From the NCBI GenBank assembly GCA_021844945.1, contig JAKBSJ010000003.1, forward strand, positions 32,565-96,564: 64,000 nt of DNA, in the 5' to 3' direction. This document shows positions 49,237-59,628 of the stretch, piece after piece. The stretch's first letter is position 1. Each line of letters starts with the position of its first letter. The notes beneath the pieces are model-generated. The model was not told the DNA's origin, ran no database searches, and saw only the letters and a list, made by a program, of their open reading frames with translations. This DNA comes from Thermoplasmata archaeon (GTDB lineage Archaea; Thermoplasmatota; Thermoplasmata; Lutacidiplasmatales; UBA184). The position numbers and the translations under genes are program-made.

Positions 49237-50109
49237 CTACCGCGGAGCGCCCGGTCGACGGCTTCCGACATAGAGGAGGGATATAAGCACGACCGCCACG
49301 AAGGCGACCACGCCGAGCACGTAGTAGTCCGTGTAGTTCGCGGGCGGACCTTCCACGTAGAACGTGATCGAGTAGCTCTGCTGGCCGTTCGCGAAATGGA
49401 CCTGGCCATGGGGGGAAGGTAAGGTCAGGACGAATGTATGGTACCCCGGACCCAGCGGGAGCGTGGTGTAGTCGAAGGTGAAGTTGTACACTTCCTTGGG
49501 AGTGAGGGTCGGAATCGTGATCGCGCCGACGACCGTTCCGTCCAACGTCACCGGGATGGCGAACGAGAGCACCGTCTGGGCACCCGCGACGACCTTTCCC
49601 GTAAGGATGTAGGGTGCCACCACGCGGACCGTGATTGTGACGTTCAACGACTCGTTGAGCTGCTCGTAGCGCGACGCGAACTCGACCGTGATCGTCACGG
49701 TCTGGACGATCCCGCTGGTGTCGAGCTCGACCGGATAGCCGGACGTCGAGTTCGGGACCGTTCCCGTGCTCGGCAGAAAGCTGACCGACGTGGTGTTGGT
49801 CCCCGCGACCGACGCCCAATAGGTGATGTTCCCGACCTCCGTTCCGTTGGCCGCGTACGCCGGGCCCCCGTGGGCCATCAGTACGTACTCGAAGGTCTTG
49901 TTCTGCCCGACGACCTTCGGCCCCGTGACGTTCGCCTTGAGCGGCGAGTAGCTCGAAGACAGGCTCGTTAGGAAAGGACCCGATCCCATGGAGCGGGAGC
50001 CGGAGGGCGCCGTAACGGAGGCGGCGGAGCCCACGGGGGTCGCCGAGATCGCGAGGAGGGCGACCACACCGAGGGCGAACGCCACGGCGAGAGCATGGGA
50101 ACGGCTCAC
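49237..50109 (-). CDS. Secreted, C-terminally anchored Ig-like surface glycoprotein
   Basis: Signal-like hydrophobic N-terminus, Thr/Val-rich beta body with sequons (NVT, NKT, NGT, NIT, NTT, NST, NES, NFT, NYT), C-terminal TM and basic tail; the GTG overlaps the aglB stop. Confidence 0.8.
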   Translation of the reverse strand: MSRSHALAVAFALGVVALLAISATPVGSAASVTAPSGSRSMGSGPFLTSLSSSYSPLKANVTGPKVVGQNKTFEYVLMAHGGPAYAANGTEVGNITYWASVAGTNTTSVSFLPSTGTVPNSTSGYPVELDTSGIVQTVTITVEFASRYEQLNESLNVTITVRVVAPYILTGKVVAGAQTVLSFAIPVTLDGTVVGAITIPTLTPKEVYNFTFDYTTLPLGPGYHTFVLTLPSPHGQVHFANGQQSYSITFYVEGPPANYTDYYVLGVVAFVAVVLISLLYVGSRRPGAPR

Positions 50110-53100
50110 CAACGCCGCCACCTCCGCGTGCGGTTCCACCGCCATACGAGGATGATCGCCCCAACGACGAGCGTGGGGACGAGGGCCAGCACGATCAGGA
50201 GCCATTCCGCGTATACGACCGGGGCGGTTCCGGTGCCGGGACCGGTGACGATCGTGTATGGGTTGACGGTCACGGTCGTGGACGGGATCGAGAAGGTCAG
50301 GGTCTGTTGCGAGTTCAACGACTCGTTGAGGATCGTCACCGCCACCTCTGCGGTCGCCGGCGGGACGGCGATCGCGCCGGAGGTGAGGTTCAGGGCGAAC
50401 GCTTCGCTCGCCCCCGGCGAAACCGAGTAGGTAGTGACGACGGTGCGGCCCTGGAGGATGTTCGATGTCCATCCGAGGCTGGCGAGCTGCGGTGCATCGA
50501 CCACACTGAGCCGAAGACCGATCACCGCGTTGCCGACGTTGTCGACGGAGAAGAGAATCTCGACCTGGTGCGGCCCCACGGACGGCGCCGTGGCGCTGCT
50601 CTCGAGCACCATCGCGTAGCGGGGCGCGATATGAATCGTTGGGGTGTCCGCGATGGTTCCGATGGCCGTGCCGTTGGCGGTCACGACCGTGAGATAGAGC
50701 GGCGGGTGGGTGACGGCGGTTCCGGCGGGAACGATCACGCGGACGGCCCCGCTCGCGGTCGCCCCGGGGGAAAGGCTGACGTCGGTGAGCGTCGTCGTCA
50801 TGTTCCAGTACGCGGGGCTGGCGATGAGCGAAACGGTAACCGGGACATTTCCGGTGTTCGTTAGGCCCACACTGAAGTCAACCGGCCCTCCGTTCGCCGG
50901 AAGGTCGACCGAGGTCGGCCCCGAGACGGTCCCGGCGACGGAAGGTAGAAGCACCCACGCCAGGGAGAGTCGGGTCGCAGTGCTTCCCGATACGACTGCC
51001 ACCGATTGGGAAGCGGTTGCGTTGGACAGGACGGAATAGGGATATCCAGTGGCCCTCGCACCTAGGACGTAGCCGCCCGTGGGTAGCCAAACAGAGAGGG
51101 TCGAGCCCACGACGACGTTCGGGAACTCGAACACGACCCCTGCAGCGGACCGGACGGTCACGAGGGCGACGGAGCCGTTGACGATCCCCCCGGGGGGCAT
51201 GGGGGTGATCTCGTTCGGATAGCTCGGGGAGAGGGTCAGCGCGAACGGTCCGCTCTGAGGCAAGACCGTCACGCCGGTCAGCTCGGCCGCCCCGGTCGCG
51301 TTCGCATACACCGCGTACGCCCCCGGAAGGAGCTGCACCGAGAAGCGACCGTTCACGACCGAAACGGTGGACAGGGCGTAGGAGGGATACGGTCCTTCGA
51401 GGGAGAGCGTCGCCGAGGCGAGCCCGGGCGCCGCAACGGTCCCATTGAACCATACGAGCTGCGTCGTCCCGACCATCCGTACGTTGCAGGTGGCCCCCGT
51501 GCGGCCCAGCGCACACGTGTTCGCACCCGTGGCCGTGGCGTAGCTCACAGCATAAGACCCGTTCGGACCGACGACCGTCCCAATCGTCCGCGCGCTGACC
51601 GAATAGGTCGTCGAGGCCGCGAGCACGAGAGTGTAGTTGCCGTAGGCCGTGCGGGCCGCCGCGACCGCCCCGCTGGCCGTGGTGAACGTGACGGTCGTGT
51701 TTGCGATGATCGGAACGTCGGTCGCGGTCATCAGGCTCCCCGAGACCGTGACCCCGACCAGGCTCAACCGAAGCGGAGTCGAGATCGAGCCGGTGGTCGG
51801 GACCGAGATCACCGTCAAGTTGGTGTAGTTGAGACCGGCATGTGCACCAAAAAAGTAGGCAGAATACGTTCCGACCGGCGCGTAGAAGCCGCTTGTGTAG
51901 GCCGCGCCCGAGACCGTCAGGTTGAATCCGGTGGACCCGGTGAGTCGCAGCGTGACGGCAGAGGATGGCATGCCATTGGGCAACCGTAGGGTGCCGGTGG
52001 TGTTGCGCTCGCGCACGAGAGAAACGGCCTCGGTCACTTGGCTCCGCCCGAGCGCTACCGAGAACGACCCGCCCGGCGCACTCGAGTAGCGGGTCACGTT
52101 GGGCTCGCCCGGCGCGTAGGCCTGTACCGAGTACGTTCCCGGGGTGATCGTGAGCGAAGCCGACGAGTAGCCTTGAGCCACATACGTCCCAGCCGTGGCG
52201 CTCGTGCCGTTGAGGTAGATCGTGGTCAGGGTTGATGAGGTGGTCCCCGAAATCGGGAGCGTGAGCGTCACCGGGGCGAACGAAATCGGAAGGCGGCTCA
52301 CGCTCGGAAGGCTGCCTGGGGCGATGCACTCGCTCGCCGGCGAGTAACCGACCGCGCTTGCGCCGAGACAATAGGTCTCGTTGTCCGGTAGGGCGGCGGG
52401 GACTATGTACGAGACCGTTCCCGAGCTACCCGTGACCACCGGGACCGATGGGCCCCCCGAGATCCCTATTCGGATCGTCACGTTCGCGTTCGCCACTGGA
52501 TAGAGCACGCCGCTCGGAAGCGTCGCGCTGACGGTGAACGTCGTGCGCACCGCGGTCACCGGGACGATCGTCACCGAAGTGGGGCCGCTCACCGCGACCG
52601 ACTGAAGCGCCGCGTACAACGACGACGAGCTGCCCGAACCCGCCTGTAACGTGAGCAGGGAGTACGTGCCAGAGGGGAGCGCCAGGGAAAAAGAGCCGTT
52701 CGTGGCCACGGCGGTGACGTTTCCTTGGGCGTCGTAGGCGAAAACGACGCTCGACGCTCCGACGCCCGCCCCGCTATTGCGGACTGTTCCCGTGAGCCAG
52801 TTGGCCGGCGCGAGCTCGAGGGTAGGGACCGGAACCGGCGCCCCGGGGCTACTGACGCGGAACGTGCCCAAGGCCGTCTCGAGCCCAGCGCCGACGTACG
52901 TGGACGCGTAGGCGGTGTAGTTGCCCAGCGGCAGATAGGCGCTGGCCGAACCGACCGAGTTCGTGTAGAGGACGGTGGAGTTCTCGAGGGCGCTCGAGAG
53001 CGATGCGACGCTCGCGCTGCTGCCGAAGTTCGGTAGCGAAGTGAGGCGGATCGGAGTGTTGGCGACCGGAGCACCGGCGGCGCTCACGGTGAGGGTGGCG

Positions 53101-56100
53101 AGGGCGCTGGGGTACTCCGTCAAGTTGATCGAAAGCTTGGCACCGATCTCGCTGATGACGGTGGTCGTGCCCAGGGAACGCATGTTCGCTCCGGGCCCGA
53201 CCGCGGTGATCGTGTAGTTGCCGGGGCTGAGGTTCGGTATGTCATAGGTACCGGTCAGGTTCGTCGTCGTGGTGAGGACCCGGCCCGTGCTCGATCCGAT
53301 CGTGACGGTGGCTCCCTGGATCACGTCGCCGATCGCGTTGGTGACCCTGCCGGTGATATTCCCGGGCGTCAGGCCGAAGCTCGCGTTCACGGGCGAGAGC
53401 GAAGAGTCAACGGTGATGTTTCCGGGAAGCGTGTAGTTCGTGCCATCGTACAGAACGGACTCGTTGTAGACGCCCGGGGCGACGTTGGAGAGCCGGAACG
53501 TCCCACCCGCATCCGTGGTGGCCGTGACCGCGGTACCGTTGGCGACGCCATAGAGGACGACCCGAGCGTCGGGGACTGGGAGATCGCTAGTTTGGTATAC
53601 CGTGCTGTTCGCGAGGTTCCAGTATACGAGTCCGTCGACCACCGAAGCTCCGACCGTGATCGTTCGCTGGACGGTGATCGGCTGGAGGCTGAAGCCGATC
53701 GCGTTCGGAACGGAAATCGGAATCGAGTCGAGGAGGATGTTCCCCTGTTGGGTGATACCGTTGAGGGTGCCGATCGTGACGTTCACCGTGTCGTTGCCCG
53801 GGGGAAGGATGACCGAGTACTGGCCCTGCGGGCCCGTGATCACACTCATGTGCGGGATCCCGAACTCGTCGTTGACCGTCACGCGGGCGCCGGCGACGGG
53901 CGCGCCGTTCGGCAATGTCACCGTCCCGGTCATGGTCTCGCCGGAGTAGTACACGAGGATGGACTCGCCCCCGCTGAAGTAGTCGTTGGCGCTCGTGTTC
54001 GCCACGCCGATCCCGCTGCCGGCGAGCGCTTCGGCCTGCGGTTTGTTCATCGCGACGTAGCAATTCGAATTGCTCGCCCGGCTTGCGTTGTCGCAGTAGT
54101 AAGCGGTCTGATACTGGACCTCGAAATGGGACATCATCCAGCCGGGCATGACCGGGTCGGACGCGACGGATCCCTCGAGGCCCGGAATTCCAGTGCTCTT
54201 CCCGACCTGGGTGCCGTTGTAGCCAAAGTAGATGCGGTAGATCATCGAGTTGTAGAACGGCGCGAAGTAGGAGATGTAGTAGTTCACCGCGCTCACGCCG
54301 GCCGGAACCTCACCTTCGGGGTAGTACTTCCCGTTCGAGCCGAGCACGGTCACGTTGAAGTAAATCCCGGGGTTCCCGCCGGCATCCAGCCCGCGTCCCG
54401 TAAGATCGGCGGGGGCGTAGTAGATACCGGTGTCGGATCCCGAGAACGGGATCAAGCGCGTGTCGGCCATAGCGTATCGGATGGTCCAGCCCGTGTACTG
54501 TTGAACGTTGTTGTAGACCTGGGCGACGCCGTTCGGACTCAGCGCTCCCGCGATGTAGTAGGAAACGACCATGAACATCGCGTTCTCCGGCGTGAGCGTG
54601 GACGCGTCGACCGGGAGGTAGAGACCTGGATTTGCGACGACCGTCTTGTAATCCCAGCTCCAGTTCACGAGCGCGTTGTGCAGGTACGAGAGGTTCAGTC
54701 CCGCGGAGGCAAGCATCTGGTTGAGCGCGACGGGCAGGTATGGCAATCCCGACTTCGTCTGCTCACCGTTGAGCAAGGTCGTCGTCAGGACCCCGAGAGC
54801 GATCGACTGGTTCTGGGCGAGGAGGAATTGCCCGGACGGGTCGATGCCGTTCTGGAAGTCGTCGGCAACCGACGGGTGCTGGCCCTGATCGATCGTCTGG
54901 AACCCGTAATCCCACCAGGCCACGACCGCGGATCTATTAGGTTCGGGAACGGCCGTTTGCTGTTGAGCTAACCAATTGTATCCGGCGGAATCGTAGAGGT
55001 TCGGGGTGTCGAGCGATGCGCCGGTCGCACCGAAGTAGAAGCTGGAAGCATCGCTCGCGGCCGGCCGGAGCCACGAAGGGAACGTGTCGTAGACCTGCGT
55101 AGATGCCGCGGCCTTGGTATTGCTCGGGATACCCGCGTCGATCCCGTACCAGATATTGGGCACGAGAAGGCCCACGACGAGCAAGATGATGAGGATGTGA
55201 TGGGCTTTGAACGACTTGCGGAACGCCGTGAGCCGGCTGCGCGTGTCGGTCAGCGATCGCATGCTTTGACGCAGCTCGGAATAGCTCCCGAGGTCCCACA
55301 GACGGCGTACCGCCTCGGCCGGAAGTAGCGCGAACGCGGGGGACGCCAGCAACAGGAACTTCGACGCCGAGATGGGGAGGTAGACCGAGAGAACCCCGAA
55401 AATGAGGATGACGAGCAGCCATCGCTGCCGGAAGCGGCCCTTTGCGAGAGCCCAGGCGATCAGCGCGAGGCCGACGAAGGCTAGGAAGAACGTGATGACC
55501 CCGAAGGCGATGACCAAAGTGTCGAAGGACGGCGAGACGTCCTCGGCGACGGTCGAGTAGATCAGTGTCTTGATGAAGTAGCCCTGTCCGGTGACGATCG
55601 CGGTGAAGTAGGCCGGATCGACCACCAACAACGCGGCCATCGCCGCAACGACGAGGGCGACGAACGTCGGTATCGAGACGACCCAGGGGAGGTCCCGCAT
55701 CATCATGAACGGGATCAAAATGATCAACGCGCCGAAGAACAGCAAGAGCGGAAGGTCGAACCAACTGATGAAATCCCCCTGGACGTAGTAGTACGGCATC
55801 GCCATCGGGAAGCCGACCAGCCCGACGATGGCGGTCGCGACGTACAGCCCGAAGGAATCCACGCGGCGGACGCGTTCGATGAGGACCATGAGGACGAGGA
55901 ACACACCGATGACCGCGACGCCGTACGTGTAGCCCTGCCACGCAAGGGCGAGCGCTCCGAACGTCACTCCGGTAAACACGGCCCACTTTACCGCGGTGCG
56001 CTCGCCCCGCAGGAAACCAACTAAACCGCTGTAGATCGACCGTGGGCTCCGGTAACTCTCGACCCAGCGACGCGAGCCCACGGACTTAACGGTGCGAATG

Positions 56101-56651
56101 TAACAATAGATCAGGACGAGGATGATGAATGTGTAGAAGCTGAGGTAGTCGGCATACCCCCAGATCGACTCGCTGATGCTCGCCGGCAAGAACGGGAAGA
56201 TCATCGCGGCGATCAGGCCCGTGCGTCGGTCGCCGACCTCCCGGCCGATCAGATAGATCGGGAACACGCTCAGGGCCGCCCAAAGGGGAGACTGGAGGTT
56301 TAGGAAGAACGCTCCTGCTTCCTGGGCATTGCCGCCGAAGAACGGGGCGAAGAGGATCCCCAGGATCGCGTTCATCCAGTCGAACAGCGGCTCCCGGGGG
56401 TTGATCGCGCCGACCGGGTACTTGAGCAACGGATCGACGATGAGGTTCGTGTGATTCAGTATGATGTACTGCATCACGCGGGAGTGGTAGTACGAGTCGG
56501 AGCCGCCGGCGTAGACGTAAAGGTTACCGAACTGTTGGATGATCGGATAGACGAACTCCGTCCGGATCAAGAAGGCGAGCGAAAATGCGAGCAGCAGGAC
56601 AGCGATGGTCCAGAAGTGGCGGCTCCACCACCCTTTTGAATCGTTGTCCAT
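50106..56651 (-). CDS. aglB: Giant oligosaccharyltransferase AglB/STT3 fused to multiple Ig-like (carboxypeptidase-regulatory-like) repeats and a C-terminal TM anchor
   Basis: SDSYYHSR, multi-TM region, TVAE, WWDYG (aa about 579). From aa about 905, repeats of the type GTVTLPNGAPVAGARVTV / GRVTNAIGDVIQGATVTI / PGxY. Ends with a TM and RRWRRW. Confidence 0.9.
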   Translation of the reverse strand: MDNDSKGWWSRHFWTIAVLLLAFSLAFLIRTEFVYPIIQQFGNLYVYAGGSDSYYHSRVMQYIILNHTNLIVDPLLKYPVGAINPREPLFDWMNAILGILFAPFFGGNAQEAGAFFLNLQSPLWAALSVFPIYLIGREVGDRRTGLIAAMIFPFLPASISESIWGYADYLSFYTFIILVLIYCYIRTVKSVGSRRWVESYRSPRSIYSGLVGFLRGERTAVKWAVFTGVTFGALALAWQGYTYGVAVIGVFLVLMVLIERVRRVDSFGLYVATAIVGLVGFPMAMPYYYVQGDFISWFDLPLLLFFGALIILIPFMMMRDLPWVVSIPTFVALVVAAMAALLVVDPAYFTAIVTGQGYFIKTLIYSTVAEDVSPSFDTLVIAFGVITFFLAFVGLALIAWALAKGRFRQRWLLVILIFGVLSVYLPISASKFLLLASPAFALLPAEAVRRLWDLGSYSELRQSMRSLTDTRSRLTAFRKSFKAHHILIILLVVGLLVPNIWYGIDAGIPSNTKAAASTQVYDTFPSWLRPAASDASSFYFGATGASLDTPNLYDSAGYNWLAQQQTAVPEPNRSAVVAWWDYGFQTIDQGQHPSVADDFQNGIDPSGQFLLAQNQSIALGVLTTTLLNGEQTKSGLPYLPVALNQMLASAGLNLSYLHNALVNWSWDYKTVVANPGLYLPVDASTLTPENAMFMVVSYYIAGALSPNGVAQVYNNVQQYTGWTIRYAMADTRLIPFSGSDTGIYYAPADLTGRGLDAGGNPGIYFNVTVLGSNGKYYPEGEVPAGVSAVNYYISYFAPFYNSMIYRIYFGYNGTQVGKSTGIPGLEGSVASDPVMPGWMMSHFEVQYQTAYYCDNASRASNSNCYVAMNKPQAEALAGSGIGVANTSANDYFSGGESILVYYSGETMTGTVTLPNGAPVAGARVTVNDEFGIPHMSVITGPQGQYSVILPPGNDTVNVTIGTLNGITQQGNILLDSIPISVPNAIGFSLQPITVQRTITVGASVVDGLVYWNLANSTVYQTSDLPVPDARVVLYGVANGTAVTATTDAGGTFRLSNVAPGVYNESVLYDGTNYTLPGNITVDSSLSPVNASFGLTPGNITGRVTNAIGDVIQGATVTIGSSTGRVLTTTTNLTGTYDIPNLSPGNYTITAVGPGANMRSLGTTTVISEIGAKLSINLTEYPSALATLTVSAAGAPVANTPIRLTSLPNFGSSASVASLSSALENSTVLYTNSVGSASAYLPLGNYTAYASTYVGAGLETALGTFRVSSPGAPVPVPTLELAPANWLTGTVRNSGAGVGASSVVFAYDAQGNVTAVATNGSFSLALPSGTYSLLTLQAGSGSSSSLYAALQSVAVSGPTSVTIVPVTAVRTTFTVSATLPSGVLYPVANANVTIRIGISGGPSVPVVTGSSGTVSYIVPAALPDNETYCLGASAVGYSPASECIAPGSLPSVSRLPISFAPVTLTLPISGTTSSTLTTIYLNGTSATAGTYVAQGYSSASLTITPGTYSVQAYAPGEPNVTRYSSAPGGSFSVALGRSQVTEAVSLVRERNTTGTLRLPNGMPSSAVTLRLTGSTGFNLTVSGAAYTSGFYAPVGTYSAYFFGAHAGLNYTNLTVISVPTTGSISTPLRLSLVGVTVSGSLMTATDVPIIANTTVTFTTASGAVAAARTAYGNYTLVLAASTTYSVSARTIGTVVGPNGSYAVSYATATGANTCALGRTGATCNVRMVGTTQLVWFNGTVAAPGLASATLSLEGPYPSYALSTVSVVNGRFSVQLLPGAYAVYANATGAAELTGVTVLPQSGPFALTLSPSYPNEITPMPPGGIVNGSVALVTVRSAAGVVFEFPNVVVGSTLSVWLPTGGYVLGARATGYPYSVLSNATASQSVAVVSGSTATRLSLAWVLLPSVAGTVSGPTSVDLPANGGPVDFSVGLTNTGNVPVTVSLIASPAYWNMTTTLTDVSLSPGATASGAVRVIVPAGTAVTHPPLYLTVVTANGTAIGTIADTPTIHIAPRYAMVLESSATAPSVGPHQVEILFSVDNVGNAVIGLRLSVVDAPQLASLGWTSNILQGRTVVTTYSVSPGASEAFALNLTSGAIAVPPATAEVAVTILNESLNSQQTLTFSIPSTTVTVNPYTIVTGPGTGTAPVVYAEWLLIVLALVPTLVVGAIILVWRWNRTRRWRRW

Positions 56652-56700
56652 CGGTTACCGGAGAACCTCGCACCGGCGGGGGCGCGAGACTTTGAACCTC

Positions 56701-56708
56701 TATAAATA
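56701..56708 (-). promoter_or_regulatory. TATA box for aglB
   Basis: TATTTATA on the minus strand, 50 nt upstream of the ATG. Confidence 0.6.
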
Positions 56709-56756
56709 GCCTGTCCTTCCCCGCCGATAGCGGGGCTCGCCGGCGCGCCCGGACGC

Positions 56757-57311
56757 TCAGTCGACCGTGCGGAATCGATAGAAGACCCGGCCATCGGCCA
56801 AAGGGAGCGGCTCGACGCGAACCGCGCTTCCTATGTCCAATTCCTTCCACGGCCGACCGTCGATCCGGCCGAAGATGCGGAGCGGAACTCCATCCAGGTC
56901 GACCAGGCCGACGGCGAACGGAACGTCGGACTCCATCCCGAGCGGCGCGCCGGCAAGCACCGCGCTGAACGCGTAGATACGCCCGGTCGAAGGGAGGTCG
57001 ATCCACTCGAGATCCTCCGCATGACATGCGGGACAGGCGACGCGCGGCGGCCAGTGGAGGGCTCCGCAGCGTGGGCACCGCGTAGTGCAAAGAAGCCCTT
57101 CCTTCAATCGCTCGAAGAACCGGGCGAGCCGAGTCTGATCGGGCCCTTCCAGAGGGAAGAAGTCGAGGAGGAATGGGGTGGTGGCGGCCGGAGGCGCTTT
57201 CCCAGGGTCGCGCTTCTCGGCGACCGAGGATCGCTCCGTCACCGGTGGCGGTGCCTTCGCCGTTGCTTCCTCGGGCGGTGTGTCGCGGCGCGCCTTGGTC
57301 GTCGCGGACAT
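56757..57311 (-). CDS. DUF35 Zn-ribbon/OB-fold thiolase partner
   Basis: CPRCGALHWPPRVACPAC, GRIYAFS, PFAVGLVDL. Confidence 0.92.
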   Translation of the reverse strand: MSATTKARRDTPPEEATAKAPPPVTERSSVAEKRDPGKAPPAATTPFLLDFFPLEGPDQTRLARFFERLKEGLLCTTRCPRCGALHWPPRVACPACHAEDLEWIDLPSTGRIYAFSAVLAGAPLGMESDVPFAVGLVDLDGVPLRIFGRIDGRPWKELDIGSAVRVEPLPLADGRVFYRFRTVD

Positions 57312-58498
57312 CAGCTCGCTCTTCCTCCCTCGTAGATCATGATCGAGTGCACGTTCGCGCTCCCCGAGAGGTTGTGCACGAGACCGTAGCGCGGGTCCGG
57401 CGCTTGGCGGCTCGGTGGCACTTGATGGGAGAGCTGCTGGAAGATCTCAACCGATTGGGCGATCCCCGTGGCTCCGAGAGGGTGGCCGCAACCTAGGAGG
57501 CCTCCCCTCGGGTTGACGACGACGTCGCCGCCAACATCCGAGCGGCCATCGAGGACGAACTTTCCTCCTTCGCCGCGGGGACACCAACCGAACGCCTCGT
57601 ACTCGACGATCTCGGAAATGGAGAAGCAGTCATGGATCTCCGCCACGTCGATGTCCTGGATCGTGAGTCCGGCACGGCCGAGAGCTTCGCGCGCCGCATG
57701 GGTAAGTCCCTTCCAGTCGGTGAGGGGGCCCGCATGTGCGAGATTGTGGAAGTCCGAATACTGGCCGGTTCCTCGGATCCATGCGGGGGAATCGGTGTAC
57801 CGGTACGCGCGATCCTCGGCGGCCAGGACCACCGCGGCCGCCCCGTCGGTCATGCTCGAGCAGTCCCCGAGGCGCAGCGGAGGCGCGACGACCGGAAGCC
57901 GCGCCAGTTTCGCCCGGTCGAAGGTCTTCGAGTAGAACTGGGCGTGCGGGTTCGTGTTCGCGAACCGGTGGTTCTTGACCGAGACTGCAGCCAGCTGTTC
58001 CTCGGTGGTTCCGTACTCGCGCATGTGGCGCTGGGCCACCATTGCGAAGAACGGGGGTGCGGTCGCGCCGTGGGGTCCGTCCCAGGCGCGGTCCATGACA
58101 CATCCCATCGAAGTGTTCGCCTCGGCCATGGACGGGAGGTTCATCTTCTCGATGCCAACGGCGACGGCCACATCCGAAAGCCCAGCGGCGATCGCAGCGT
58201 ACGCGGATCGGATCGCCGACTGCCCGGAGGCGCAGGCGAGCTCCGTACGCTGGAGGATCCGATGTGGGGTGAGACCCATCTGCTCAGCGGCGAGCGGAGC
58301 CACATGGGACTGGAAGGCGAAACGCTCGGGCTCGGCCGCTCCGACGAACAGCGAGTCGACATCCTCGCTGCGCAGCTCGGGTTCGGCTCGGAACAGCGCG
58401 GCTCCGATCTCCTGCGCCATCTCGCTCCACGTGGTGGGCCGGACGCCGAACGGCGTCGTCGCGCCCGCGACGATCGCCACCCTACGGACCGCGCTCAT
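57311..58498 (-). CDS. Thiolase (SCP2/HDCF type)
   Basis: ELACASG, NPHAQF, DGAAA, EIHDCF, GHPLGATG, HNLSG. Confidence 0.94.
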   Translation of the reverse strand: MSAVRRVAIVAGATTPFGVRPTTWSEMAQEIGAALFRAEPELRSEDVDSLFVGAAEPERFAFQSHVAPLAAEQMGLTPHRILQRTELACASGQSAIRSAYAAIAAGLSDVAVAVGIEKMNLPSMAEANTSMGCVMDRAWDGPHGATAPPFFAMVAQRHMREYGTTEEQLAAVSVKNHRFANTNPHAQFYSKTFDRAKLARLPVVAPPLRLGDCSSMTDGAAAVVLAAEDRAYRYTDSPAWIRGTGQYSDFHNLAHAGPLTDWKGLTHAAREALGRAGLTIQDIDVAEIHDCFSISEIVEYEAFGWCPRGEGGKFVLDGRSDVGGDVVVNPRGGLLGCGHPLGATGIAQSVEIFQQLSHQVPPSRQAPDPRYGLVHNLSGSANVHSIMIYEGGRAS

Positions 58499-59628
58499 CT
58501 TCGCTCGCCCCTCAGGGCTGCGGCTACACTGTCGCCGGCCTCGCTCGTCGTCGTCGTGCCACCTTGATCATAGGTTCTCGCCGTGCCGGCCGCCAGCACG
58601 GAGGCGATCGCACGCTCGAGCCGGTCCGCCTGCGCGAGGAGCCCAGGGTCCGCGCGCTTGTCCCCAAGATAGCGGAGCATCATCTCGATGGCGAAGAAGG
58701 TTGCGAACGGGTTCACCTGATTCTTGCCCGCATACTTGGGCGCGCTACCGTGGACCGGCTCGAACATCGCGTGCCGATCGCCGATGTTCCCCCCGGCGGC
58801 GAATCCCATTCCGCCTTGGAGGACGCTCGCGAGGTCCGTGATGATGTCGCCCATCATGTTCGTCGCGACGACGACATCGAAGTGCTCGGGGTTCCGCACG
58901 AGCCATTGAGTGAACGCATCGACGTACGCGTAATCGCGATCGATCGTCGGAAACTCGGGCGCGACGCGGTCGTAGGTCTCCCGGAAGAAACGACACCCCT
59001 CCATCACGTTGGACTTGTCCACGCACGTGAGACGTAGGTGTCGGTCCTCGGGCGCGCCGCGAGATCTTCGCACTGCGAGCTCGAACGCGCGTCGGATCAC
59101 ACGCTCCGCTCCTTTGCGGGTGATCAAGCGCGTGTCGACCGCGACCTCGGTATCCCCCCCTCGCGAGAGCCGACCGTGAAGGGGAGCGTAGAGGTCTTCC
59201 GTGTTCTCCCGGACGAGGACCATGTCGACCTTCTCGGGGGACCAGACTTGACGGTACTCCCCGCTGATGCGATGAACCACGCCCGGATACAGGCGGCACG
59301 GGCGCACGTTCGCGTACAGGTCGAGCTTGGAGCGCATCCCCAGAACGAGGGCCGCACCCGCGATGTTTCCATCCGGGAGCGAGACGCCGGGCCAGCCGAC
59401 GGCTCCCAGCAGGATCGCATCCGCTCGCTCGGCGGCCTCTTCTCCTTCGGGCTCCCATTCGCGCCCGGTCTTCTGATAGTACTGCGCTCCCCCGGGATAG
59501 TCGGTCAGGTGCCAAGCGGCGCGTCCGTTCTCGCCCAGCGCAGCGAGGACCTTCTCTCCCTCGCGGATGACCTCGGGCCCCGTGCCATCCCCGGCGTAGA
59601 CCGCGATCTCGCTGGCGGCGGACCTCAT
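58495..59628 (-). CDS. Beta-decarboxylating dehydrogenase (isopropylmalate/homoisocitrate family)
   Basis: GDGTGPEV, LYANVRP, RENTEDLY, DKSNV, GDIITDL, FEPVHGSAP. Confidence 0.93.
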   Translation of the reverse strand: MRSAASEIAVYAGDGTGPEVIREGEKVLAALGENGRAAWHLTDYPGGAQYYQKTGREWEPEGEEAAERADAILLGAVGWPGVSLPDGNIAGAALVLGMRSKLDLYANVRPCRLYPGVVHRISGEYRQVWSPEKVDMVLVRENTEDLYAPLHGRLSRGGDTEVAVDTRLITRKGAERVIRRAFELAVRRSRGAPEDRHLRLTCVDKSNVMEGCRFFRETYDRVAPEFPTIDRDYAYVDAFTQWLVRNPEHFDVVVATNMMGDIITDLASVLQGGMGFAAGGNIGDRHAMFEPVHGSAPKYAGKNQVNPFATFFAIEMMLRYLGDKRADPGLLAQADRLERAIASVLAAGTARTYDQGGTTTTSEAGDSVAAALRGERR

